NCBI GenBank assembly: GCA_965223705.1
Contig: OZ245015.1
Span: 4,224,001 to 4,288,000, forward strand
Length of the DNA: 64,000 nucleotides
Reading direction: 5' to 3'
Source of the DNA: Myxococcota bacterium
Lineage (GTDB): Bacteria; Myxococcota_A; UBA9160; UBA6930
This document shows positions 20,558-30,503 of the stretch, one piece after another. A model generated the notes under the pieces. That model was not told the DNA's origin, did no database searches, and saw only the letters and a list, made by a program, of their open reading frames with translations. Position numbers and translations under genes: made by a program. Each line of letters opens with the position of its first letter. The stretch's first letter is position 1.

Positions 20558-21805
20558 CTAGACCACCTTCGCCGGGAGCGGCTCATCCGCCATCGGGCGG
20601 CGACCCTCGAGAGGCTTGCACCACCAGCGGTCGTCGTCCTTCCACTCCGGGAAGATGTTTCGCAACCGCGGCATGCACTTCTCGGCGAAGAGCTTCGAGG
20701 AATGTCGCACGAGCTCGTCCGGCATGTTGCCGACCGCGAAGAGCAGGAACACGTGGCCTACGTGGAGCGACTTCGCGAGCTCTTCCATCTGCTCGACGAC
20801 CGTGTCGGGGCTTCCCGCGACGATGTGACGGTCGTCGAGAAGGCGCTTCCACGGGATCTCGCCCAGATCGTCGGGCGTGAGCGGCTTGTATTGATTGAGC
20901 GCGCCTTTCTTGATCGTCTCGACAGTGCGGTAGCCGGGCGGATCCGCGAACCCGGTGTGGACGTGGAGACAGCGGTTGTAGAAGTAGTCGCAATGGCTCG
21001 CGTAAAGCTCTTCGGCTTCTTTGTCCGTCTCGCCCACGCAGATCACTTGCGCGAACCCTGCGCGGTGGGGCGATTCGTCTTTGCCTGCAGCGGAGACCTT
21101 TTCCCAGTAACCGTCCATCAGGGCCTTCGCGCGCAAATAGCCCATGAACGACAGGTAGGAGTAGTTGTAGTCGTTCTCGATGCAGAAGTCCCAAGTCTCG
21201 ATCGACCCGCCGCCCGGGATGTAGATCGGCGGATGCGGGTCCTGAATCGGCTTGGGCCAGCAGTTCACGTGGCGCAACTGGTTGTACTTGCCGTCGAACG
21301 CGAAAGGCTCTGACTCGCGCCAGGCCTTCATCACGAGGTCGTGCGCTTCGTAGTACTTGTCTCGCGTGAGCGCCGGGATTTGGCCGTAGCAGAAGTTCGT
21401 GTCCATCGGTGTGCCGACGGGGAATCCGGCCAACAACCGACCTCCGGACAACACGTCGAGCATCGCCATCTCTTCGGCGACGCGGATCGGCGGGTTGTAG
21501 AGCGCCAACGAGTTACCGATCACCGCGATACCGGCACGTGAGGTCCGCCGTGCGAGCGCCGAGGCAAAAAGATTCGGCGACGGCATCAACCCGTAGCCGT
21601 TTTGGTGGTGCTCGTTGATCCCGATGGCGTCGAAGCCTAGCGCTTCGGCGTACTCGAGTTGGTCGAGATACTGGTTGTAGAGGAAGTGACCCTGCTTGGG
21701 ATCGTAGAGGTCGCTCGGGATGTCGACCCAGACGGACCGGTTTTCGCGCCTAAAGTTGTCGTCCAGGTGCGGCCAAGGCATCAGGTGGAACCAAGTGAAC
21801 TTCAT
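20558..21805 (-). CDS. LLM-class flavin-dependent oxidoreductase
   Basis: GFDAIGINEHH, MPSPNL, PIRVAEEMAMLDVLSGGRL, PKPIQDPHPP, GSPDTV. Confidence 0.9.
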   Translation of the reverse strand: MKFTWFHLMPWPHLDDNFRRENRSVWVDIPSDLYDPKQGHFLYNQYLDQLEYAEALGFDAIGINEHHQNGYGLMPSPNLFASALARRTSRAGIAVIGNSLALYNPPIRVAEEMAMLDVLSGGRLLAGFPVGTPMDTNFCYGQIPALTRDKYYEAHDLVMKAWRESEPFAFDGKYNQLRHVNCWPKPIQDPHPPIYIPGGGSIETWDFCIENDYNYSYLSFMGYLRAKALMDGYWEKVSAAGKDESPHRAGFAQVICVGETDKEAEELYASHCDYFYNRCLHVHTGFADPPGYRTVETIKKGALNQYKPLTPDDLGEIPWKRLLDDRHIVAGSPDTVVEQMEELAKSLHVGHVFLLFAVGNMPDELVRHSSKLFAEKCMPRLRNIFPEWKDDDRWWCKPLEGRRPMADEPLPAKVV

Positions 21806-21820
21806 TCTGGGTCTCCTCGT

Positions 21821-22474
21821 TCAGGGTTCGGTGGGCGCGCCGGGAAGGACGTCGCCATAGCGTTCTAGAAAGGCACTCTCCGCCAGAGGGCGCCTCGCCA
21901 ACTTCTTCGGAAACGGTTTCACGGGGTAGCCCAACGCGATGTGGGCCGCCGTCGAGATGTCCTCGGGGATCTCGAGGAGCTTCTTCACCTCGGGCTCTTC
22001 GTGGCACAGGAGCGTTGTGAGGGCGCTACCGAGCCCTTCGGCGCGCGCAGCGAGCATCATGTTCTGGACTGCCGGGTAGACCGAAGCGCCACCGACGATG
22101 GAGAGCCGCCCAAGCTCGGTATCCGTCGGGTGGACGTCCTCGAGGCGGGCGCAGGCCACCACGATGACCGGAATCTCGTTCATGTTCTCGGCGAAGTGGT
22201 TGGCCGCTTCGATCAGGCGGCGCATCCCCTTCACTTTGATGGCGCCGACATCGATGCCCTTCATGTACTCCTGCCAGTAAGGCAAGTAGAGATCGCGCAA
22301 ACGACGCTTCTTGGCAGCGTCCCGAACCGCGATGAACCGCACCGGCTGGCGGTTGCCGCCGTTGGGAGCGAAACGCGCGGCGTCGAAAATTCGGAGCAAC
22401 ACGTCGTCGGGAACCGGCTCATCTTTGTAATAGCGACACGTGATGTTGCTGCGCATCGCTTCGTGAAGATCCAT
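21821..22474 (-). CDS. Nitroreductase-family protein
   Basis: APNGGNRQP, SVYPAVQNMMLAARAEGLG, LGYP. Confidence 0.9.
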   Translation of the reverse strand: MDLHEAMRSNITCRYYKDEPVPDDVLLRIFDAARFAPNGGNRQPVRFIAVRDAAKKRRLRDLYLPYWQEYMKGIDVGAIKVKGMRRLIEAANHFAENMNEIPVIVVACARLEDVHPTDTELGRLSIVGGASVYPAVQNMMLAARAEGLGSALTTLLCHEEPEVKKLLEIPEDISTAAHIALGYPVKPFPKKLARRPLAESAFLERYGDVLPGAPTEP

Positions 22475-22477
22475 TCG

Positions 22478-23359
22478 CTACTCCGCGGCTTCCGTATGTT
22501 TCGTGATCGCGTCGACGAGGGTGCCCCACGCTTCCGGCGGCATGTCGTGCCCCATTCCTTCGACAAGAACGAGCGACGCCCCCGGAACTGCCGCCGCCGT
22601 GTCCTCGCCGCACGCCTGCGGAATCAACGGATCGTCCGTTCCGTGAATTACGAGAAACGGCACGTCGAGCGTTTCGAGATTCGGTCGCCGGCTGCCCTGA
22701 GCGAGCACCGCACACAGCTGACGCGCAGTACCCGCCGGGTAGTAACCGCGATCCCAGCATCGTTCTGACCGTCGCCGAATCCTCGCTTCGTCCTGTGAAA
22801 GGCTTCCGCCGATCGCGCGCCACGCCTCGACCGCCATATCGACGAATTCCTCGCGACTCGTCGCCGGAGGTCGGAACAAGACCGCCAAGGCCTCGGGGCT
22901 CCCCGTCGGCAGTTCTGGATCGCCCGTCGTCGACATGATCGACGTCAAGCTCCGGACACGATCGGGGTGACGCCACCCGAGGGTTTGCACGATCATTCCG
23001 CCCATCGAAGCGCCGACAAAATGCGCGGCTTCGAGGCCCAGGGCGTCGAGCAGGCCGATCGCGTCATCGGCCATGTCTTCCACGGCGTAGGGCGCCGCTA
23101 CCGACTGCCCTTGCATCGCCTGGCCCCAAGCTTCTTCGACGTTCGGAACACCGAGCTCGTCGAAGACTCGCGACTCGCCGCAATCGCGATTATCGAACCG
23201 CACGACGAAGTGCCCGCGCTCGGCGAGCTTCGCGCAGAAAGCCTCGTCCCAGAAAAGCATCTGCGCACCCAGCCCCATGACGAGGACCAGGGGCCGCGCG
23301 TCCGGGGACCCGAACGTCTCGTACGTGATGGCGACGCCGTTTTCGTTGGCCTTCGGCAT
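22478..23359 (-). CDS. Alpha/beta hydrolase (esterase/lipase-like)
   Basis: MGLGAQ, FDNRDCG, GASMGG, HGTDDPL, GMGHD. Confidence 0.9.
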   Translation of the reverse strand: MPKANENGVAITYETFGSPDARPLVLVMGLGAQMLFWDEAFCAKLAERGHFVVRFDNRDCGESRVFDELGVPNVEEAWGQAMQGQSVAAPYAVEDMADDAIGLLDALGLEAAHFVGASMGGMIVQTLGWRHPDRVRSLTSIMSTTGDPELPTGSPEALAVLFRPPATSREEFVDMAVEAWRAIGGSLSQDEARIRRRSERCWDRGYYPAGTARQLCAVLAQGSRRPNLETLDVPFLVIHGTDDPLIPQACGEDTAAAVPGASLVLVEGMGHDMPPEAWGTLVDAITKHTEAAE

Positions 23360-23370
23360 GTTCTCCCCGC

Positions 23371-24294
23371 CTACCGATCTTCGACTTGTGGAAGCACGTC
23401 GGCGACGAGCTGATGGGTCTGATCCAGGATCGAACTCTCGTCCTCGACCGCGGGAAAGAGCACGATTTTCGAGGCGCCTTCCGCGACGTACTCGTTGAGC
23501 CGCGCAGCGATCTTATCGGCCGAACCGACGGCGAACACGTCCTCGAGCTTGAGACCGGCGTTGCGAGCGGCTTGGCCCAGGTATTGCCCTTCGATGTCGA
23601 CCTCACCCGTTTCGCCGATGTGGAACGGGATACTGGCCCCGAAGTGATCGGCGTCGATGTGGCGCCCGGTCTTCTCGAGTTCGGTGCGGATGCCCCGGAT
23701 CGTCTCGCCGACTTCAGCGGGGGTATTGAGCCCGCCGATCCAGCCCGTGCCGAGCGCCGCCGTCCTGCGCTGTGCCGCGGGGCTGCTGCCGCCGATCCAC
23801 AGCGGGAGGGGGGATTGCACCGGGCGCGGACTGATCGACGCCTCGTGGTACTGGTAGAACTCGCCTTCGAACGTGACGGACTCCTCGGTCCACAGCCGCG
23901 CCATGATCTCGAGGGCTTCGTTCGCGGCCTTGCCGCGGTTCTTCGTCGTGCGACCGGTGGCTTTCCACTCCGGCGACGCGGGCGCGCCGATACCGAACAC
24001 GGGAAGCAGTCGCCCGCCGGACAGGTAGTCGAGCGTGGCGCACTGCTTTGCGAGCACGAGTGGATCGCGAAAGCCGACGACGATGGCGTTCATGCCGAAC
24101 TTGATCCGGCGCGTGGCCCCGGCGACCACGGCGAGCGCCGACATCGCCTCGAGGAAGGGCTCCTTCGATTGAAGGCGGTCTGTCTGCCAGAGACTGTCGA
24201 GGCCGATCTCGTCGCACGTCCTCGCGTACGAGAGATACGCCTCGGCGGTCTGGAAGGGGAAATTCGCGAAGCCGACGCCGGCGCGGATACTCAT
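23371..24294 (-). CDS. LLM-class flavin/F420-dependent oxidoreductase
   Basis: DSLWQTD, LAKQCATLDYLSGGRL, PRPVQSPLPLWIGG. Confidence 0.87.
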   Translation of the reverse strand: MSIRAGVGFANFPFQTAEAYLSYARTCDEIGLDSLWQTDRLQSKEPFLEAMSALAVVAGATRRIKFGMNAIVVGFRDPLVLAKQCATLDYLSGGRLLPVFGIGAPASPEWKATGRTTKNRGKAANEALEIMARLWTEESVTFEGEFYQYHEASISPRPVQSPLPLWIGGSSPAAQRRTAALGTGWIGGLNTPAEVGETIRGIRTELEKTGRHIDADHFGASIPFHIGETGEVDIEGQYLGQAARNAGLKLEDVFAVGSADKIAARLNEYVAEGASKIVLFPAVEDESSILDQTHQLVADVLPQVEDR

Positions 24295-24377
24295 GCCCTA
24301 AGGATACGAGATTGTCCGGGCACCTGGGATTCCCCTCGGGGAAAGGCGACTCGGAAGTGATCTTTGGGGGTAAAAAA

Positions 24378-25079
24378 ATGGCCGAGCGCGTCTGTGTGGT
24401 GGCTGGAGTCGGGCCGGGTACCGGGACGGCCTGCGCGCACCGTTTCGCCCGAGCGGGCTACCGGGTGGCACTCCTCGCGCGGAACGAGAAGCGCCTCGCC
24501 GACCTCGAGGGCGCAATCGGAGGCAGCAGGGCGTTTGGCGTCGACCTGACGGACCGCGACGCGGTCTTCGAGACGGTGGGCTCAATCGAACGCGAGATGG
24601 GTCCCGTCGAGGTCCTGGTGCACAACGCCGCCGCGGGTGCGTTCACGAACTTCATGGACACCGACCCCGCGGTTCTGGAGCGCAACTTCCGGGTCAACAC
24701 GATGGCGCTGCTGCACACCGGACAGGCTGTGGCCGCGGCGATGCTCGAGCGCGGTCGCGGAGCCATCCTGGTAACCGGGAACACCTCCGCGCGGCGCGGC
24801 GTAGCGAATTTCGCGGCGTTCGCTCCGACGAAAGCCGCCCAACGAATCCTCGCGGAGTCGATGGCGCGCCTCCTCGGACCGAAAGGCATTCACGTGGCCT
24901 ATTTCATCATCGACGCAGTGATCGACATCGAGTGGACGCGAAAGATGATGCCCGACCGAAAAGATGCCGAGTTCGCGCAGCCCGACGATCTGGCGGAGAC
25001 CATCTACCAGATCTCCGAGCAGCCGAGATCCGCGTGGAGCTTCGAAGTCGACCTGCGGCCTTTCGGGGAGCCCTGGTAG
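24378..25079 (+). CDS. Short-chain dehydrogenase/reductase (SDR)
   Basis: VVAGVGPGTG, HNA, FAPTK (Tyr of YxxxK replaced by Phe), GIHVA, DLRP. Confidence 0.9.
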   Translation: MAERVCVVAGVGPGTGTACAHRFARAGYRVALLARNEKRLADLEGAIGGSRAFGVDLTDRDAVFETVGSIEREMGPVEVLVHNAAAGAFTNFMDTDPAVLERNFRVNTMALLHTGQAVAAAMLERGRGAILVTGNTSARRGVANFAAFAPTKAAQRILAESMARLLGPKGIHVAYFIIDAVIDIEWTRKMMPDRKDAEFAQPDDLAETIYQISEQPRSAWSFEVDLRPFGEPW

Positions 25080-25115
25080 CGATCGCTCAGTGATGGGGAA
25101 CCCTGGGTAGCGATC
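25065..25115 (+). repeat. Imperfect ~20-bp direct repeat duplicating the SDR 3' end
   Basis: GGGGAGCCCTGG-TAGCGATC (25065-25084) vs GGGGAACCCTGGGTAGCGATC (25095-25115). Confidence 0.7.
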
Positions 25116-25117
25116 CT

Positions 25118-25873
25118 TCAGCGAGCGCGTCGACGCCCGGCGCGGATGAGGCCGAGCAGGCCAAAGGCGACCAGGACCGCCGTGCTCGGCTCGGGCGTAA
25201 ACGTGATGTCGTCGATCGCGCCAGAACTCGGGTTCTTGACCGACAGCGACTTCGCTTGGCTCGGATCGAACCCCGGATCCACCGTCGGGACGGACGCCGC
25301 AGGGCCGTTATCGACCTGCGCGCTCATGAAATCGTTTAAGAGAAACACGCCCAGACCGTCGTTGCCCGGCCCGACTTCGCCGGTCCAGTTCTCCGACGGG
25401 AAGCTCCACACCGCCGTGTTCCCCATGACGTCCATGATCGTGATCATGCTGCCGCCCGTGCCGGTGTCCCAGTCGATGAGCGTCATGCTCTCCAGGGTGA
25501 CCGGCGTGGGCCAAACCAACGTCAGCATGAAGTCCGCTTGGTCGTTGGGACGATCGAAAATGCCCGGGACCGTTTGCGTCGGGTCGCTCGCGGATTGCAC
25601 GATCAGCACGTTGCCCTGGCCCGCGACGCAGAGATCGAGATCGGGCGCCGCGCCCGAACAATTCGAAGCAGCCGCAGTGTCGAAAATCGCCGCGCCCGCA
25701 CCGCCGGTTCCGTTAGCGATCACGCCGAAGCCCACGTCTTGCCCGTCCACGGCCTGGCCGTCGGCGAAGGGACTGAAGTCGAGGGTCATCGCCCCAGAAC
25801 CGCCCGCGGTAAACAACCCCACGACAAGAACACTGCTGAGCGAAAGCCAACGGCTTCGCGAGAACGACACCAT
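25118..25873 (-). CDS. PEP-CTERM sorting-domain surface protein
   Basis: Signal peptide; Asp/Gly/Thr-rich body; C-terminal TPEPST, TM helix, RRRAR. Confidence 0.92.
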   Translation of the reverse strand: MVSFSRSRWLSLSSVLVVGLFTAGGSGAMTLDFSPFADGQAVDGQDVGFGVIANGTGGAGAAIFDTAAASNCSGAAPDLDLCVAGQGNVLIVQSASDPTQTVPGIFDRPNDQADFMLTLVWPTPVTLESMTLIDWDTGTGGSMITIMDVMGNTAVWSFPSENWTGEVGPGNDGLGVFLLNDFMSAQVDNGPAASVPTVDPGFDPSQAKSLSVKNPSSGAIDDITFTPEPSTAVLVAFGLLGLIRAGRRRAR

Positions 25874-25940
25874 TTCGTTTATCTCCCCCCACCCGAGACA
25901 ACCGAATCTAGCGACTGAAAACAAAAAATGAAGCGCTGGC

Positions 25941-27077
25941 TTACAACTCGGTGACGCTTTCGGGGCGGGGGATCTGGGTACTGGTTTCTACCCAGTCGAA
26001 CCAAGGCTCCCGGCCGGGCAATCCGAGACACGCGTGGAGGCGGCGTTCTGCAGGCTCCAAGACGACCGCCGCGTTGGTACTGATCCCGCCGAAGTCGTCG
26101 CGGCAAATCGCCAGGGTTCCGCCTTGCGCGTCGGTAAACGCCGCCTGGACATCGGCTACCGCGAGTTTCGGCGCGGCCAGAGACAACTGAGCCATGCGTC
26201 GATGGCGTGCCTTCGACGATTGCGCCGGTGTGTCGGCTTCGAGGCTCATGTGCGTCGGCGTCTGGCAGTGGTTGCACTGGACGTAGGGACGGCCCTCGAT
26301 TCGCAGCCGACGGGAACGCCGTGCGCTGCATTCCAGAGCGAAGAGAGCACCGGTTGTGTCGAGCAGATAGAAGAAGTGTGCACCCGCACGGGTCGCACCT
26401 TCGATGGTCTGAGCTGCTTCCTCGGCGGACTCACAGCGGAGCGCGCGATGGATAAGCGATAAGTAAGGAACGCCGGCCCTGGCATCGCGCGTGCGCAGGT
26501 TCGTCGTGCCCACCGCCACACCGGTCTCCGAAAGCCCCATGAGCGAAAGACACCCGTCGGTGGTCACGGCGTGCGTAGCGGGCGCGCCGTCCGGCTCGCG
26601 CAGGATGGCAACCACGTGTGGAGCATTGTCTGTAGCGAGATCCCAGGTTTGTCCCGCAAACGACACCCCCGTGGCCGAAGCCTCTTTGGGTACAAGCACG
26701 GACGTGCATCCTTCGATTTCACCGGATCCCCAAGCCAAAGCGTCTCGCAGATCGGTCAGGCCGTTCATCGCCATCACCTGATCAACGCCGAGGCCACAAC
26801 CGTTCGCGATCCCCTCGAGTTCGGCGAAGCCCTGCGCGTCGAATCGCTGGGTGATCTCGCAACAAGCTCGAGCGAGGTCGAGTAGAGCGGACTCGGACAC
26901 CGAGGTTCCGCCGAACTGATGCGCTTGTCGCAACGCGTTCTCCAAACGCTTCGCGTAGAGCTCGCCGATAGAAGTGCGCCTATCACGACCGAAAGCGAAC
27001 CCGATGTCCGCGGGTTTTCCTGTAAAGCGAAGTTTGTCGGGCATAACCCGGTCTACGTGTTTCCTGCGTTCAGTCAT
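25941..27077 (-). CDS. Peptidase C45 family (isopenicillin-N acyltransferase-like Ntn hydrolase)
   Basis: ELEGIA, EGCTS autocleavage site, GQTWD, CNH; start 27077 or 27044. Confidence 0.85.
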   Translation of the reverse strand: MTERRKHVDRVMPDKLRFTGKPADIGFAFGRDRRTSIGELYAKRLENALRQAHQFGGTSVSESALLDLARACCEITQRFDAQGFAELEGIANGCGLGVDQVMAMNGLTDLRDALAWGSGEIEGCTSVLVPKEASATGVSFAGQTWDLATDNAPHVVAILREPDGAPATHAVTTDGCLSLMGLSETGVAVGTTNLRTRDARAGVPYLSLIHRALRCESAEEAAQTIEGATRAGAHFFYLLDTTGALFALECSARRSRRLRIEGRPYVQCNHCQTPTHMSLEADTPAQSSKARHRRMAQLSLAAPKLAVADVQAAFTDAQGGTLAICRDDFGGISTNAAVVLEPAERRLHACLGLPGREPWFDWVETSTQIPRPESVTEL

Positions 27078-27130
27078 GCGCCAGGTATCCGATGTAACAG
27101 GCAATGTTGGGGAACCATCGCAAAGATCAT

Positions 27131-29308
27131 GTGATTGGGAAATCGCGTGAGCGCGAGGCGGCCCGGATTGAGGAACTCGAACGCGAAGTCACCCGACTCC
27201 GAGAGCTTGTCAAGCAGACCGAAAAGCGTTTCGAACTCGCGACCCTTGCGTCGTCGGACGGTTCTTTCGATTGGAACATCGAGACGGGCGAGGTCTACTA
27301 CTCGGATCGTTTTCTCGCTCTTCTCGACCTCGATCGGGCGCAAATCGCGAACGATTTCTCGGGCTTTCGAGAGCGGCTCCACCCCGAGGACCGGGATCGC
27401 GTGATGGCGGAAGTGCACCGGCACCTTTCGCAAGACGTGCCGTTTGACACGGTCTACCGGATTCGAACGCGCGACGGCAACCACCGCTGGTTCCGCGCGC
27501 GCGGCGCCACTCAACGAGATCCGACCGGGAAGCCGACGCGTATGGCCGGCGCGATCGCCGACCTGACGGAACGACGCCAGGCCGAGGAGAAAGCGCGCCT
27601 TTCCCAGGAAGCATATCGCGCCCTGTTTCAGACCGTGGACCACGGAATCGCGATCATTGACATCGATGGGCGCTTTCTCGATGCCAACCCGGCTTTCCTG
27701 AAACTCGTTCAGCGAGACTTCGAGGGACTGCGCGCACTGGACTACCGGGACCTCACTCCACAGGAATATCTGCATCTCGACGAGGAAGCGGTTCAGAGCA
27801 TGGCCGAGCGCGACTATGCGGAGCCCTACGAGAAGGAGTATCGACTCCCGAACGGGGAGCGCGTTCCGGTCGAACTCCGCTGTTGGTTGACGCGCGATGA
27901 CGAAGGGGCGCCGCGAGAGATGTTTGCGATCGTTCGCGACATTTCATCGGAGAAGGAAGCGAGAGAGCAGATTCACAAACTCGCGTACTACGACTTCGTC
28001 ACAGGCCTGCCAAACCGGCAGCTTTTCCACGCGCATCTGCAGTACGCCATTGATCAAGCTCGCACGTATCAGGACATCCTGGCGCTGTTGTTCATCGATC
28101 TCGATCGCTTCAAACAAGTCAACGATACGCTCGGCCACAGCGCGGGAGACAAGTTGCTGCAGGAAGTGGGCAATCGGTTCTCCGGAGCGCTTCGCTCTTC
28201 CGATCGCGTTTTTCGTTCGGGCTCCGACAAACCGGGTTCCGCGGTCGCCAGGCTCGGCGGTGACGAATTCACCGTCATTCTCTCGAAACTCCAACGGAGG
28301 GAAGACGCACAGGCCGTCGCGCGACGTCTGGTCGAAACGCTCGAGGCGCCGTTCAGTATCGAGGAGAACGAGGTCTTCGTCAGTGGCTGCGTGGGTATCG
28401 CGCTCTTCCCCGACGATGGCTTGGACGTGATCAGCCTCACTCGCAGCGCCGACACCGCGATGTACCACGCGAAGGATCTCGGGCGTGCGTCCGTCGCTTA
28501 CTACTCGGAATCGATGGGAGCGGCGGGCGTCGAGCGCATGCTCCTCGAGAACGGCTTGCGGAAAGCGCTCGAGGAACGAGAGCTCCACATGGTGTACCAG
28601 CCCCAGCGCGGTGCGGTGACGGGAGCTGTCACCGGGTGCGAGGCGCTGGTTCGGTGGAATCACAAAGGCGAGCGCTTCGTTCCCCCCGATCAGTTCATCC
28701 CCATCGCTGAGGACACCGGGCTGATTATCCCGATTGGCGACTGGATCTTTCGAGAGGTCTGCGAGCAGTGGGTCCGTTGGGTGCAAGAAGGCTATGCGCC
28801 CCCGCGCGTGGGGATCAACGTCTCAGCGCGGCAAATCACACACCCGACGTTCCTGCGCACCTTCGAGAAGACCCTCGACGAATGTGGGGTCCCCCGCGAA
28901 GCGCTCGAACTCGAGATCACCGAGACCGTTCTTCTTCACGAGATCGCCGAGACGAAGCGAGTTCTCGACGCCATCCATGCCGACGGGATCGAGATCGCCC
29001 TCGACGACTTCGGTACGGGCTTTTCTTCGCTCTCGCACCTGCAGCGTTTTCCGATCGATCGTCTGAAGATCGACCGTTCTTTCGTCAATGACATCACGAC
29101 GGACCCGGAAGACCGCTGCCTCACCGCGGCCATCATCGGACTGGCGCACAACTTGGGCATCCGCGTCGTAGCGGAAGGCGTCGAGACCGAGGAGCAGGCG
29201 GAACTCCTCCGGGAGCAGGGTTGCGACGATCTACAGGGCTACCTGATCAGCAAGCCGGTCTCGGCAGAAGAGTTCGTCCGGTTTCTCGAGCGCGAGAAGC
29301 CCTCCTAG
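27131..29308 (+). CDS. PAS-PAS-GGDEF-EAL diguanylate cyclase/phosphodiesterase
   Basis: Two PAS domains; TGLPNR, DLDRFK, GGDEF, EALVRW, DDFGTG, KIDRSF, EGVE; start 27131 or 27104. Confidence 0.93.
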   Translation: MIGKSREREAARIEELEREVTRLRELVKQTEKRFELATLASSDGSFDWNIETGEVYYSDRFLALLDLDRAQIANDFSGFRERLHPEDRDRVMAEVHRHLSQDVPFDTVYRIRTRDGNHRWFRARGATQRDPTGKPTRMAGAIADLTERRQAEEKARLSQEAYRALFQTVDHGIAIIDIDGRFLDANPAFLKLVQRDFEGLRALDYRDLTPQEYLHLDEEAVQSMAERDYAEPYEKEYRLPNGERVPVELRCWLTRDDEGAPREMFAIVRDISSEKEAREQIHKLAYYDFVTGLPNRQLFHAHLQYAIDQARTYQDILALLFIDLDRFKQVNDTLGHSAGDKLLQEVGNRFSGALRSSDRVFRSGSDKPGSAVARLGGDEFTVILSKLQRREDAQAVARRLVETLEAPFSIEENEVFVSGCVGIALFPDDGLDVISLTRSADTAMYHAKDLGRASVAYYSESMGAAGVERMLLENGLRKALEERELHMVYQPQRGAVTGAVTGCEALVRWNHKGERFVPPDQFIPIAEDTGLIIPIGDWIFREVCEQWVRWVQEGYAPPRVGINVSARQITHPTFLRTFEKTLDECGVPREALELEITETVLLHEIAETKRVLDAIHADGIEIALDDFGTGFSSLSHLQRFPIDRLKIDRSFVNDITTDPEDRCLTAAIIGLAHNLGIRVVAEGVETEEQAELLREQGCDDLQGYLISKPVSAEEFVRFLEREKPS

Positions 29309-29319
29309 AGAGTCTCAAG

Positions 29320-29456
29320 ACGGCGGACCGAGGCAGGGCCGGGGCAGGGGGGGTACCGTGCTCAAACATCCTCGCGCCGACATGGTGACGAGTTCGCGCG
29401 CACGGATCGGCGGCGCTGCGGAACTGCGCGCGGCACCCCCACCTGCCCCGACCTCG
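29320..29456. repeat. Structured intergenic repeat, copy 1 (candidate ncRNA/REP/MITE-like element)
   Basis: About 88% identical by manual alignment to 58039-58177; long GC-rich stem; lies between convergent genes. Confidence 0.9.
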
Positions 29457-29471
29457 GTACACCGAGCTAAT

Positions 29472-30503
29472 TCAGCCGCCTACCTGGAACATTTCGATCT
29501 TGGCGCGCCCGGCCGCAGTCTCTTCGGTGCGCATCTCGGAATAGCGGTCGGCGCGTCTGGACCACACGCCGCGAAGGGTTGCGCGCAACTCTTCGTCGCT
29601 CGCGCCGGCGCGGAGGGGTCCCTTCAGATCGACGCCTTCGTTGGAAAACAAACATGTGACGAGCTTGCCATCGGACGTGATCCGCGCGCGCGTGCAGTCG
29701 CCGCAGAAGGGGCGCGTCACCGACGCGATCACGCCTACCTCTCCGGCACCGTCGCGGTAGCGAAACCGCGTCGCGACTTCTCCGTCGTAGTTTGGGGCAA
29801 TCGGTTCGACGCCGAACGCGTTGTCGAGGCGCTCGAGAATACTTTCCGCAGATACGACCTGAGAGAGATCCCAACCGTTGCGCGTGCCGACATCCATGAA
29901 CTCGATGAACCGCAATACGTGACCGGTGCCGCGGAACCGTTCGGCCAGCGGCACGATGGCGTGCTCGTTCACCCCCGCGCGAACCACACAATTGATCTTG
30001 AGCGGCGTCAGCCCGGCGGCCGCCGCAGCCTCGATACCGCGCAGAACGCGGGAAAAATCGGCTTCCCGGCCGCTCATTTGGCGAAACGTTTCCTCGTCGT
30101 GTCCATCGAGGGAGACCGTGACGCGGCGCAGGCCCGCGCGGGCGAGCGCCGCAGCCCTCGGCTCGAGGAGATACCCGTTGGTCGTCAGCGCGATGTCGAG
30201 GTCATCCGACAGTTCAGCGAGGGATTCGATCAGGCTCGGCAACTCGGCGCGGAGGAGCGGTTCCCCCCCGGTGATGCGAAGCTTCCGCACACCTTCCGCC
30301 ACGAAAACGCCCGTGAGCCGAACGATCTCCTCGAACGAGAGGATCTCGGGTTTCGGCAGAAACTCGTAGGCCTCGCCGAAGAGCTCTGCCGGCATGCAGT
30401 ACGGGCAACGAAAGTTGCAGCGGTCCGTCACCGAAATCCGCAGATCGCGGAGCTCGCGACCCACGGTGTCGAGAACCGGCTCGCCTATTCGGAGAAGTTC
30501 CAC
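29472..30503 (-). CDS. moaA: GTP 3',8-cyclase MoaA (radical SAM)
   Basis: [40 protein letters not shown]...CLF, C-terminal GG. Confidence 0.95.
   Translation of the reverse strand: MELLRIGEPVLDTVGRELRDLRISVTDRCNFRCPYCMPAELFGEAYEFLPKPEILSFEEIVRLTGVFVAEGVRKLRITGGEPLLRAELPSLIESLAELSDDLDIALTTNGYLLEPRAAALARAGLRRVTVSLDGHDEETFRQMSGREADFSRVLRGIEAAAAAGLTPLKINCVVRAGVNEHAIVPLAERFRGTGHVLRFIEFMDVGTRNGWDLSQVVSAESILERLDNAFGVEPIAPNYDGEVATRFRYRDGAGEVGVIASVTRPFCGDCTRARITSDGKLVTCLFSNEGVDLKGPLRAGASDEELRATLRGVWSRRADRYSEMRTEETAAGRAKIEMFQVGG

Noticed and set aside
18884..21313. 809-aa plus-strand ORF, and similar long ORFs at 4335-5618, 37716-39305 and 17295-18833
   Set aside because: Antisense or alternate-frame shadows of well-supported genes; expected in high-GC DNA and lacking motifs.
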